Below are positions 9,711 to 19,105 of a stretch of DNA of 64,000 nt, one piece after another; the stretch's first letter is position 1; each line of letters opens with the position of its first letter. The notes under the pieces were generated by a model. It did no database searches and was not told the origin of the DNA. It was given only the letters and a program-made list of their open reading frames with translations. The stretch comes from Bacteroidota bacterium (GTDB taxonomy: Bacteria > Bacteroidota > Rhodothermia > Balneolales > HLUCCA01): NCBI GenBank assembly GCA_020832235.1, contig JAFIEZ010000003.1, positions 464,264 to 528,263 of the forward strand, in the 5' to 3' direction. Made by a program: the position numbers and the translations under genes.

Positions 9711-11237
9711 TTATTGTAGTTCTGTAATTCGGCCCGCTTTTAGGATACTTATTTCATCAAAAGCAGCACCCATGAATTGCATCCCGATTGGCAATCCATC
9801 AGAATGAAAACCAATGGGAATACTTATACCGCATATCCCAGCCAGGTTTGCAGAAATCGTATAAATATCATTTAGATACATCTTTATTGGGTCGTCCTGA
9901 TTATCACCAAGGGGAAACGCTGTAGTTGGTGCAGTGGGAGAAACGATAACATCACAAGAAGCAAAAGCCCTGTCAAAGTCCTGGCGTATAAGCCTTCGAA
10001 TTCGTTGGGCTTTGCCATAGTATGCATCGTAGTAGCCGGCACTTAGCACATACGTACCTAACATTATTCTTCTCTTCACCTCAATACCAAAACCTTCCGA
10101 TCGAGTTTCTTTATAAAGTCGAATTAGTGGTGAATCTAGAGCATTGAGTTTCGTATGTATTAGTTGATTTGAAGCTTCATCAGCTAATTTGAGCTCATCT
10201 CTGAGAACTTTTTCTTCAACTTTCAACTCTTCACGTATTTTCTTTTGATCTGCTCTGTGACCGAACCTTACGCCATCGTAGCGCGCCAGATTACTCGATG
10301 CCTCTGCAGTAGCCAAAATGTAATATGTGGCAATAGCATATGGGGTATGCGGCAGACTTACAGGAACGAGAGTAGCACCGTCAGATTCAAATTGTTTAAG
10401 GCGATCTAGTATCTGTTGATGAATTTCGGGGTCGAGACCTTCAGAAAAGTACTCTTTAGGAACTCCAATACGCAGACCCTTTGCAGTAGCATTAAGTGCA
10501 GATAGGTAGTCAGGCACGGTATCAAAAGATGAAGAGCCATCATTATTATCCCTGCCGGCAATTACACTAAGAACAAGAGCGGCATCTTCCACTGTTTGGG
10601 TGAGTGGCCCTATACTATCAAATGACGAGGCATAAGCCACCAACCCATACCTTGAAACTCGTCCATAACTAGGTTTAAGACCTACCACACCACAGTATGA
10701 TGCAGGTTGCCTGATAGATCCGCCTGTGTCTGACCCTAGCGCCGCATTAGCCATGTCTGCCGCTACAGCAGCGGCGCTCCCTCCTGAAGACCCACCCGTG
10801 ACGCGATCTGGGTTATGAGGGTTTCGCGACGGACCATAAATTGAGTTCTCGGTGGATGAGCCCATTGCAAACTCATCCATATTCAAACGACTCAATAAAA
10901 TGGCATCTTCATCAAGTAGTTTCTGTATAGCGGTAGCATTATAGACGCTCTTAAAATTACGCAACATATTAGAAGCGCAAGAAACGACCTTTCCTTTCTC
11001 ATTAAGTACATCTTTTATACCGAATACAGAACCCGCCAGTGTTCCCGCTTTTCCGGAAGTTATCTTCTTTTCAATTTGTTCGGCCCTCGCAATTGACTCT
11101 TCTGGGTAATGCACAACAGAGATGTTTAGCTCTGCATTCTTTTGGTCAATCTGAGATATATAGTGCGAAACAATTTCCTTGAGGGACTCCCCGGCCAGTA
11201 ACTGCTGGCGTGTTTGAACAATACTACGGCTTTTCAA
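9711..11237 (-). CDS. gatA: Asp-tRNA(Asn)/Glu-tRNA(Gln) amidotransferase subunit A
   Basis: 508 aa. Amidase signature GGSSGGSAAAVAA, GSDTGGSIRQPAS, and EGFGIEVKRRIMLGTY. Confidence 0.9.
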   Translation of the reverse strand: MKSRSIVQTRQQLLAGESLKEIVSHYISQIDQKNAELNISVVHYPEESIARAEQIEKKITSGKAGTLAGSVFGIKDVLNEKGKVVSCASNMLRNFKSVYNATAIQKLLDEDAILLSRLNMDEFAMGSSTENSIYGPSRNPHNPDRVTGGSSGGSAAAVAADMANAALGSDTGGSIRQPASYCGVVGLKPSYGRVSRYGLVAYASSFDSIGPLTQTVEDAALVLSVIAGRDNNDGSSSFDTVPDYLSALNATAKGLRIGVPKEYFSEGLDPEIHQQILDRLKQFESDGATLVPVSLPHTPYAIATYYILATAEASSNLARYDGVRFGHRADQKKIREELKVEEKVLRDELKLADEASNQLIHTKLNALDSPLIRLYKETRSEGFGIEVKRRIMLGTYVLSAGYYDAYYGKAQRIRRLIRQDFDRAFASCDVIVSPTAPTTAFPLGDNQDDPIKMYLNDIYTISANLAGICGISIPIGFHSDGLPIGMQFMGAAFDEISILKAGRITELQ

Positions 11238-11265
11238 AATAGGTCGTTAACAGTTGTGTTAAGAA

Positions 11266-11472
11266 TTACTTTACAGCTTCGTCTTTACTTTTTTCGCTGT
11301 TTTTTTGCGTATCTTCCGCTCCCTTCTCAAGTTCTTTGCGTATTTCTGAGGAGGCATTTCGGAACTCGTTAATACCTTGTCCTAGCCCTCTGGCAAGTTC
11401 AGGTATTTTCTTAGCTCCGAAAAGTAACAATACTACCAGTGCTATGACAATCCATTCGGTTGCGCCAAACAT
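11266..11472 (-). CDS. tatA: twin-arginine translocase subunit TatA/E
   Basis: 68 aa. One TM helix then [24 protein letters not shown]. Confidence 0.9.
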   Translation of the reverse strand: MFGATEWIVIALVVLLLFGAKKIPELARGLGQGINEFRNASSEIRKELEKGAEDTQKNSEKSKDEAVK

Positions 11473-11663
11473 AATATTTTAACTTTCTTATTAATAATTT
11501 CGGCATAAATACTGCCATTTATTGCTAAGATAAGAAAGATATGCCACAGCGTAGCGGATTCTGCAAAATTATTTTCAAATTACTCCGTTAGGCACTTGAA
11601 TTTGTCAATTTCTCTACTTTATTAACGCTTGAATTATTAATTCACTAACCAAACATTTTTTTT

Positions 11664-11909
11664 ATGATCTGGACTGTTGAACTAGCTGCTACCCTCGAAG
11701 ATGCGCCATGGCCTTCTACTCGAAACGAATTGATTGAATGGGCCGAAAGAAATGGGTGCCCACAACAAGTAATCGATAATTTATACGAGCTTGATGAAGA
11801 GGACGACACCCCCTATGAGAGTATCGAAGAGATTTGGCCAGACTATATTATGAAAGAGGATTTCTTCCATGGTGAAGAAGATGACGGGTTCGATTACGAT
11901 GACGTTTGA
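11664..11909 (+). CDS. small acidic DUF2795-like protein
   Basis: 81 aa. The WPSTRNELIEWAERNGCPQQVIDNL pattern resembles DUF2795. Confidence 0.55.
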   Translation: MIWTVELAATLEDAPWPSTRNELIEWAERNGCPQQVIDNLYELDEEDDTPYESIEEIWPDYIMKEDFFHGEEDDGFDYDDV

Positions 11910-11966
11910 TTTACCTTTGCAAGTCCTCAAGTATTAATTTTTAACAGAAGCGGATGCGTACGTTGT

Positions 11967-14321
11967 ATGTGGTATCCGCTTTTTTTTACTTACGTGACCT
12001 CTATTCGAACCATCCTTATTTTACAAGTACTAGTTCTCATATTATGCCAGGACTTGTATGCTCAGACAAATACATCATCTGGCACGCAAATTACAGAGCA
12101 GAGTGAAAGTGGTATGCGTGTTGGTAGGGTGCGGTTTTCAGGGAACAGTGCTGTACGAAATAATACCCTGCAATCTATAGTTCGAACGCAACCTAACCGA
12201 GAGTTATTATCTATTCCCGGAGCAACCCTGTGGTACTGGTTAAATCAAGTCAATAGCAATTGGGGTGAGGCAGCCAATCAGCTAGACCGCCAGGTTGTTG
12301 CCAACGATATCGATCGAATCATTGCATATTACCGCTCAATAGGGTTTCTAGAAACCACCGTTGATACCATCATTGTTGATTTCAGTCGAAATCGTTACGA
12401 GGTGTCCTTTCTAATCCGCGAAGGAAATCCATCCAGAATACGTACTGTAGCATACAGTGGGTTTCCTGAATTTGAAAATCCTCAGCTGCTTAGTCGATTC
12501 TATAGAAGAAGTACGCTGGCACGTGGATCAATCAATGACACCACTTTTTATGTAAACAGGCGTTTCACCTATGATTTGGTTGGCATTGAAAGAAATAACA
12601 TAATCAACCTTCTCAGAAATAACGGACACGCATCTGTGCAGCGCGACTCCGTGAGAATGGCCGTAAAACCAACGGATGACAATCCATATGAACTGGATGT
12701 GCTTTTTCTCATCCGACCCGGTAAAGTTTACAATTTTGGTGATGTCTTCCTGAATTTAGATGGCCCAGGAAATGTAGTCTCAGATGTGCGTTTTGATACG
12801 GTTGGAAGCCCTAGAACCGTTGAACCGACAAGGATATTCGCTCGAAAAGAAGACGAGGCTGCCACACGTTTCGAATTTTTATATGACATAATGTTATTCA
12901 CCCCCGGTGAACAGTACAATCATGAGCTCTATCTGCAAACCATTCGGCGTTACCAAAGCTTAAATATGCTGGCAGTAAGGCAATTTGGGTTATCACAAGA
13001 TGGAGGATTACCAGATTTCAGTAATGTGAATATACCGGTTAGAATAGACATGCAGTCGCTTCCTCGACAAAGCCTGCGTTTTGACGTTTTTGCTATGCAA
13101 CGATTAGGCTTTGGGGCTGGAACTGGTTTAAGGTATGTTAATACGAATTTATGGGGAAGTGCTGAGACGCTAGAATTAGGTGTGAAAGCCAGCTTCGAAA
13201 ATGCTCCGAATGTACAAGCAGGCTTTCTTCGTAGCTTTGAGGGCTCTATAGAATACAGTATTCCCAGATTAACGTTTCCACTTACCAGGCTAGCAAGTAA
13301 CCCTGATTTTGCTAATGCTCGAACCATTTATCAGATTAATCTTGCTCAAATTAATCAGCTTAATTTTAATGTAAATGCTAACCTTAGGTTTAACTTAAAG
13401 TTCGAAATTTCACACAACGCTTCAACGACCTCAATTCTGGATCTCATCGAATTCGACTGGTTTGATGCAAGTCCCAGTTCGTTATTTCGGCAACGTATCG
13501 AAAATGAAATAACCGACCCGCTGCAACGTGAACGTATATTAAACGATTTCAGTGAGCAATTCAGCTCCACAATACGGTATACACTCAGGAGGAGTACAAC
13601 TAATATTGTGCAAAGAAATTTTGGTTTCTACAATGAATTATCTGTAGAAGCTGGAGGAACCATACCCTACCTTATGGAGAAATATATTGTCAGACCTGGC
13701 GAGCCGCTACAGTCTACAATTCCATCTTTAACACTCGCCGATTCAACATTGAGCTACTCACGCTTTGTAAAAGCATATGCTGATCATCGCAATTATACAT
13801 CCATCACAAATAATACCGTATTTGCATGGAGAGCTTTTGGGGGTGCTGCCATCTCATATGGTATGAACCCCCAACTCCCATTGAATCGACGCTTTTTTGC
13901 TGGTGGAAGTAATGATATACGAGGCTGGGCTCCTTTGAGACTCGGACCTGCAAGCTCCAGTCCCACACAGGCAACTATTAATGGTGCTGATATTAAATTG
14001 GCTGCATATGCAGAGATTCGACAAACTTTTTTGAGAAACTTCCTAAGTACAAATTGGCAATTTGCGCTATTTAGCGATGCAGGCAATATTTGGACAGGTC
14101 CGCGCAGCGAGTTTTCTGAGAGCAAATTCCGTTTTAATCAGTTTTATGAAGAAGTAGCATTAGGAGCAGGATTTGGTTTCCGACTCGACTGGGAGTACGT
14201 GATTTTCAGAATTGATGTTGCCTATAGGATACACGACCCTGCCATTGAGGGAGGAATCAGACGAGGGTGGTTTAACTCTCCAAATCCGTATATTCATTTT
14301 GGAATCGGCCACGCTTTCTGA
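11967..14321 (+). CDS. BamA/TamA (Omp85) family outer-membrane protein
   Basis: 784 aa. Signal-like N-terminus, POTRA-like repeats, C-terminal barrel with RFFAGGSNDIRGW and terminal HFGIGHAF. Confidence 0.75.
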   Translation: MWYPLFFTYVTSIRTILILQVLVLILCQDLYAQTNTSSGTQITEQSESGMRVGRVRFSGNSAVRNNTLQSIVRTQPNRELLSIPGATLWYWLNQVNSNWGEAANQLDRQVVANDIDRIIAYYRSIGFLETTVDTIIVDFSRNRYEVSFLIREGNPSRIRTVAYSGFPEFENPQLLSRFYRRSTLARGSINDTTFYVNRRFTYDLVGIERNNIINLLRNNGHASVQRDSVRMAVKPTDDNPYELDVLFLIRPGKVYNFGDVFLNLDGPGNVVSDVRFDTVGSPRTVEPTRIFARKEDEAATRFEFLYDIMLFTPGEQYNHELYLQTIRRYQSLNMLAVRQFGLSQDGGLPDFSNVNIPVRIDMQSLPRQSLRFDVFAMQRLGFGAGTGLRYVNTNLWGSAETLELGVKASFENAPNVQAGFLRSFEGSIEYSIPRLTFPLTRLASNPDFANARTIYQINLAQINQLNFNVNANLRFNLKFEISHNASTTSILDLIEFDWFDASPSSLFRQRIENEITDPLQRERILNDFSEQFSSTIRYTLRRSTTNIVQRNFGFYNELSVEAGGTIPYLMEKYIVRPGEPLQSTIPSLTLADSTLSYSRFVKAYADHRNYTSITNNTVFAWRAFGGAAISYGMNPQLPLNRRFFAGGSNDIRGWAPLRLGPASSSPTQATINGADIKLAAYAEIRQTFLRNFLSTNWQFALFSDAGNIWTGPRSEFSESKFRFNQFYEEVALGAGFGFRLDWEYVIFRIDVAYRIHDPAIEGGIRRGWFNSPNPYIHFGIGHAF

Positions 14322-14350
14322 AACTCAAACATCAAAGTGATTACCTATTT

Positions 14351-14902
14351 ATGCTTGGATCAGACAAATTCAACTCCCTGAGATTACGGTCAAAGATTAT
14401 TTTTAAATCCCGGTTTCTTAAAGTATTGAATCCGATGGAGCGCCACGAGTTCATGCAGTTATGTAACAAAAGAACCTACAAGGCCGGTGAATATATCTAC
14501 TACCAGGGTGATCCGGGAACCGGAATGTACTTTGTTGAAAACGGCCTGGTGGAATTGGTAGTTGAAACTGGTAATGAAGGTAGTGATGAGCCGAAACCAA
14601 CCTATAAAATTGAGCCTCCAGAAAGTTTTGGCGCTTTATCTATTGGGTATGAGATGAGAAGAATGTCATCTGCAAGATGTGTTACCGATTGTACTGTTTA
14701 TGGCTTTTTCAAGCCTGATTTAACTACGCTGTGCAACAGGCATCCTCAAATCGGAATTAAACTTCTTCAGGTACTGAACATGATTGCTCTTAAACAACTT
14801 CAGATTACCGTTCAACAACTTGCAATACGTACCGATGTAGCTACAGCTCATTCCCTGCAATTTGAAACCTACTACACCGGAAATCACGTTTCCGAAGAAT
14901 AA
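14351..14902 (+). CDS. cyclic-nucleotide-binding domain protein (no HTH)
   Basis: 183 aa. The YKAGEYIYYQGDPGTGMYFVENGLVELV and FGALS pattern matches cNMP-binding domains. The exact start is uncertain. Confidence 0.65.
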   Translation: MLGSDKFNSLRLRSKIIFKSRFLKVLNPMERHEFMQLCNKRTYKAGEYIYYQGDPGTGMYFVENGLVELVVETGNEGSDEPKPTYKIEPPESFGALSIGYEMRRMSSARCVTDCTVYGFFKPDLTTLCNRHPQIGIKLLQVLNMIALKQLQITVQQLAIRTDVATAHSLQFETYYTGNHVSEE

Positions 14903-14908
14903 CTTTAT

Positions 14909-16315
14909 ATGCTAAAAAAGGGAGCAGAAGTAACACTGCACATTGATGATGCCGCTTACGAAGGAAAAGGAATTGGTAAACTGGACGGTATGGCGGTGTT
15001 TGTACCCAACACTGCCCCGGGTGATACCATAAGAACTCGAATCATCAGGAAGAAAAAGCAATTCGCTGAAGGTCAGCTGATCGAAGTTTTGTCTGCCGGG
15101 CCTCAAAGGGTTGATCCGATTTGCTCGCACGCTCGATTTTGTGGTGGCTGCACCTGGCAACACGTCACATATAAAGAGCAGCTACGTTTTAAACGCGCGC
15201 AGGTAGAAGATCACCTCCATCGCATTGGGAAACTATCAAACATAGAACCAGAACCAGTGATTGGTTCTTTAAATGAGCTTCACTATCGGAATAAAATGGA
15301 GTTCACATTCAGCGACAGACAATGGCTTACCCCCGAAGAAATAGCAGGAGGAGAAGAAATACCGCGAGAACTCGCACTTGGACTGCATATACCAGGGCGA
15401 TTTGATAAAATTTTAAACCTGAAAGAGTGTTATTTACAGCCACCTGTTTCTTATGAGATTTTAGATTTTGTGAGACAATATGCTATTGAACATAGTATTT
15501 CCCCATGGAACCCTATTAAAAAAGAGGGATTTCTACGCAATCTTATGATTCGAAATGCTGTGCACACAAAAGACCTGATGGTCAACTTTGTAACATTTAC
15601 AGAGGATATGAGTATTCTCAGGCCGCTTTGCGACGCATTGTTATCAAAATTCCCACAGATTACAACTATAGTCAATAATGTAAATGATACCTTGTCCCCT
15701 ACGTCTGTAGGACGCTTTGAAAATACAATTCATGGGCCGGGTTTCATCACAGAATTTATTGGTGAGCATAGTTTTCAAATAGATGCAAATGCGTTCTTTC
15801 AAACCAATACCCTACAAGCAGAAACACTGTATGAAGTAGCTAGAAGTTATGCCGAAATAAAAAAAGGAGACACTGTTTTTGATCTTTACTGCGGAGTTGG
15901 TTCCTTAACATTATTTGTGGCTTCAAAAGCATCAAAAGTAGTTGGTATCGAAATAAATCCGGTCTCTATTCAGAATGCAATCAAAAATCGTGATCGCAAT
16001 GGAGTTGACCATTGCTTCTTTGAGCAGGGGGATATGAAAGACGTATTTACTCGCGAAATTATAGGGAAATACGGTAGACCCGATGTGATCATTACCGATC
16101 CGCCTAGGGCTGGTATGCATTCAGATGTTATCACACATTTAAACGAGCTATCTGTTGGCAAACTGGTCTACGTAAGTTGCAACACCTCTACTTTGGCTCG
16201 AGATCTGAATTTGCTACAGGAATCCTACGAGGTCATCAAGGTTCAACCCGTAGACATGTTCCCGCAGACCTATCATATTGAAGCGGTTGCTCAACTTCGC
16301 AAAAAAGAAAGCTAA
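14909..16315 (+). CDS. rlmD: 23S rRNA (uracil-C5)-methyltransferase, RlmD/RumA family
   Basis: 468 aa. TRAM domain, Cys cluster CSHARFCGGCTWQH, SAM motif DLYCGVGS, and catalytic VYVSCN. Confidence 0.85.
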   Translation: MLKKGAEVTLHIDDAAYEGKGIGKLDGMAVFVPNTAPGDTIRTRIIRKKKQFAEGQLIEVLSAGPQRVDPICSHARFCGGCTWQHVTYKEQLRFKRAQVEDHLHRIGKLSNIEPEPVIGSLNELHYRNKMEFTFSDRQWLTPEEIAGGEEIPRELALGLHIPGRFDKILNLKECYLQPPVSYEILDFVRQYAIEHSISPWNPIKKEGFLRNLMIRNAVHTKDLMVNFVTFTEDMSILRPLCDALLSKFPQITTIVNNVNDTLSPTSVGRFENTIHGPGFITEFIGEHSFQIDANAFFQTNTLQAETLYEVARSYAEIKKGDTVFDLYCGVGSLTLFVASKASKVVGIEINPVSIQNAIKNRDRNGVDHCFFEQGDMKDVFTREIIGKYGRPDVIITDPPRAGMHSDVITHLNELSVGKLVYVSCNTSTLARDLNLLQESYEVIKVQPVDMFPQTYHIEAVAQLRKKES

Positions 16316-17814
16316 ACTCTGCTCGAATCCACTTTAACATCGCATGCATGAAATGCTGACAGAGCCGCCAGTGGTATACCTCCACCAGGGTGTGTGCTCC
16401 CTCCTACCAACCAAACGTTTTCTACATATGGTGAGCGATTTCTCGGTCGCATAAAAGCAGCGAACATGCTATTGGATGAAGTTCCATAAATACTCCCCCG
16501 GTTGGATTTATACTTATGGTAGAAGTCTCTTGGTGTTATCGTTTCTTTTACAACAATAGATTCTTTGAGGCCTGTTAATCCATATTGCTCCAGTTTATCT
16601 ATGATCAGATTAGAATATCTGATTTCTTCCTCGTCCCAGTCCTGAGTTTCGTGAAGATAAGGGGCATTAACCAAAATGAATAAATTGCTGCCTCCTGATG
16701 GTGCGTGGTCAGGGTCACTGAAAGACGAGTTTGCTACATAAATAGTAGGGTTAACGGGCAATTTATTTTGTTTGAAAATATCATCAAATTCGGCTTTATA
16801 ATTATTGCTGAAAAATATTGTATGATGTGCGAGTTTTTCATTCCATTCACGATTACAGCCCAACATCAGGACAAACCCCGAACAGGATGGTTCAGTTTTG
16901 TCAATCTGCCTCCTTTTAGCCGCTGGGGTTACATAATGAGGCAATAGATGTAGATAAGTTTCATGGGCATCTGCATTTGCAACCACCAAATCAGCCATGT
17001 AGTAACCATCTTCAGTGGTAACGCCTTCGGCAATATCATCATGCATATCGATGCGCCTTGCAATCGTATCTGTCTTTATCTTAACCCCCAGTTTTAAAGC
17101 TAATTTCTCAAGAGCCAGGGCTATCTGATAGAGCCCGCCTTTCACGTAATAGCCACCCTGGTTCATCTCCACATGCGAAATTACATTTATAGTAGCGGGC
17201 GCCATATAGGGAGAAGATCCGTTATAGGTTGCAAATCGTTTGAAAAACTGACGCATATATCCTGACGTCAACATTTTATCTACCCGCTTGCTGACCGTTG
17301 TAAATGCGTCAATTTTAAATGCATCCGATACCGGAAGTTGAAGTAAATCACGATACGATCGCAAAGGATGAAACAAAAAAACATCGGCTGTACGATTGTA
17401 TATTTGCCTGGAATAATCCAAAAATCGCGCATATGCGTCCACGTCCTCTGGTGCAAACTTTTGAATTTCGTTCTGTGTTTTCTCAAGTTGGTCGAAGGCA
17501 TCGAAGCGTGTTCCGTCATCGAAATAATATCTGCATACCGGCTCTAGCGGCAATAGTTCTAAATATTCTTCCATACGTTCTCCGCAATGCTCGAACAGTT
17601 GACCTAGAATACCAGGCATCGTGAGCAAGCTAGGCCCCGTATCAAAGCGGTAGCCGCCTTTTTCGAACTGGTTCATTTTGCCACCAACTCGTTCATTTTT
17701 CTCAATGATAGTCACCTTTGAGCCATTAAAGGCCAATAAACATGCTGCTGTGAGTCCTCCAATACCGGCACCTATTATTACTACGTTCCCGTATTTACGA
17801 TTTGGATGCGCCAT
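16312..17814 (-). CDS. phytoene-desaturase-family (CrtI/CrtD-like) FAD oxidoreductase
   Basis: VVIIGAGIGGL FAD fold and C-terminal GGSTHPGGGIPLAALSA, typical of CrtI. The start could be 17814, 17829 or 17883. Confidence 0.8.
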   Translation of the reverse strand: MAHPNRKYGNVVIIGAGIGGLTAACLLAFNGSKVTIIEKNERVGGKMNQFEKGGYRFDTGPSLLTMPGILGQLFEHCGERMEEYLELLPLEPVCRYYFDDGTRFDAFDQLEKTQNEIQKFAPEDVDAYARFLDYSRQIYNRTADVFLFHPLRSYRDLLQLPVSDAFKIDAFTTVSKRVDKMLTSGYMRQFFKRFATYNGSSPYMAPATINVISHVEMNQGGYYVKGGLYQIALALEKLALKLGVKIKTDTIARRIDMHDDIAEGVTTEDGYYMADLVVANADAHETYLHLLPHYVTPAAKRRQIDKTEPSCSGFVLMLGCNREWNEKLAHHTIFFSNNYKAEFDDIFKQNKLPVNPTIYVANSSFSDPDHAPSGGSNLFILVNAPYLHETQDWDEEEIRYSNLIIDKLEQYGLTGLKESIVVKETITPRDFYHKYKSNRGSIYGTSSNSMFAAFMRPRNRSPYVENVWLVGGSTHPGGGIPLAALSAFHACDVKVDSSRV

Positions 17815-17913
17815 GCTTTTAGAATACATTTTAGTTTGAAATTTGTGGATGCGTTGCGACAATGAGTAACACTGTACCAACATACAGCCTAATAAACAAT
17901 ATTATACATTTTT

Positions 17914-19104
17914 ATGGCTTTTCGATTCAAAAAAAATGATCGTGGATACTCTGATTTAACTTTTCCGTTGCTAAGAAAGCTGATTATAGCTCCCACTCAA
18001 CTGTTTTATAGCCCTGTGCTGGTTAACCCAGAAAACATGCCAACTACCGGCCCTTGTTTTCTTTATGGAAACCACTCTCATTACATGGATCCCTTTTTTA
18101 TAAATGTCTGGATGCAGGATGAGCCTACCGCTGGTGTTATGACTCGAGAGCAATTTCATAAGCCCGTTTCAGCATTGTTTATGGACAGTATAGGTATTGT
18201 TCCCACAACCAAGTATGTACCTGAGCCAGGTGTTATACGGGCGGTAATGAAAATGGCCGATCAACGCAGAATGATTGTCATATTTCCAGAGGGCGGACGA
18301 CGATGGGACGGCAGACCAAAACTGCTGATTGAAAGTACGCTAAAGTTATTCTACAAAATGAACCTTCCTGTCCACCCTGTTCAATTACACGGTTCTTACG
18401 TGAATTGGCCTAGATGGGCGGATTATCCCCGATTTGGGCAGGTTGAGGTCCATTTTATGCCCGTACTTATCCCCGATCGTTTTGCTGACTACGAGACTTT
18501 TGCCACCATATGTAAGAAAGCAATCCGGTTTGATGAATACCACGATGTTCCCGAGCAATGTATCCCTAAGTGGGCTTACAAACCAGCTAGTGGCATACAC
18601 CGGCTTTTGTATAGATGTCCAGAGAGCGGTCTTGATAACGCAATACACTCTCCCGATGGTCATCAGATTGTAAGCAGCGTTACTGGCACTCGTTACAATA
18701 TGCTGGCAAATTCAAGGCTATTAAATACTGGTGGCGAAATCGTTTCATTACTAGACTTATTTGATACCATGAAACAATTACCAATGATAAAGCATAATGA
18801 GGGTTTTTTACTCCAGGAATCAGTTACTCCGCTTTTCCGTCTTACTTCAGAGTACGAACTACTATACAATGGTGATTACAATATTCGTTTGTACGATGAC
18901 GCGATTATAGTACGGAACAGTTTTACCAATATGACTTTTAAGCTTGATGATTTGTTATACATATCAATAGAGCAAAACCATAAACTCAGCCTTACATTTC
19001 AATCCGGCACCTGGCAGTTTTATATCCGCAATGGTAGTGCACTACAATGGCAGCATTTTTTGCGAAGACTAAAGCTAGGTGAGCAATCCGTAAACTCGTT
19101 TTAA
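17914..19104 (+). CDS. PlsC/LPLAT-family acyltransferase with about 180-aa C-terminal extension
   Basis: HX4D motif (NHSHYMD) and FPEGGRRWDG motif. 396 aa, longer than a plain PlsC. Confidence 0.7.
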   Translation: MAFRFKKNDRGYSDLTFPLLRKLIIAPTQLFYSPVLVNPENMPTTGPCFLYGNHSHYMDPFFINVWMQDEPTAGVMTREQFHKPVSALFMDSIGIVPTTKYVPEPGVIRAVMKMADQRRMIVIFPEGGRRWDGRPKLLIESTLKLFYKMNLPVHPVQLHGSYVNWPRWADYPRFGQVEVHFMPVLIPDRFADYETFATICKKAIRFDEYHDVPEQCIPKWAYKPASGIHRLLYRCPESGLDNAIHSPDGHQIVSSVTGTRYNMLANSRLLNTGGEIVSLLDLFDTMKQLPMIKHNEGFLLQESVTPLFRLTSEYELLYNGDYNIRLYDDAIIVRNSFTNMTFKLDDLLYISIEQNHKLSLTFQSGTWQFYIRNGSALQWQHFLRRLKLGEQSVNSF

Positions 19105-19105
19105 T

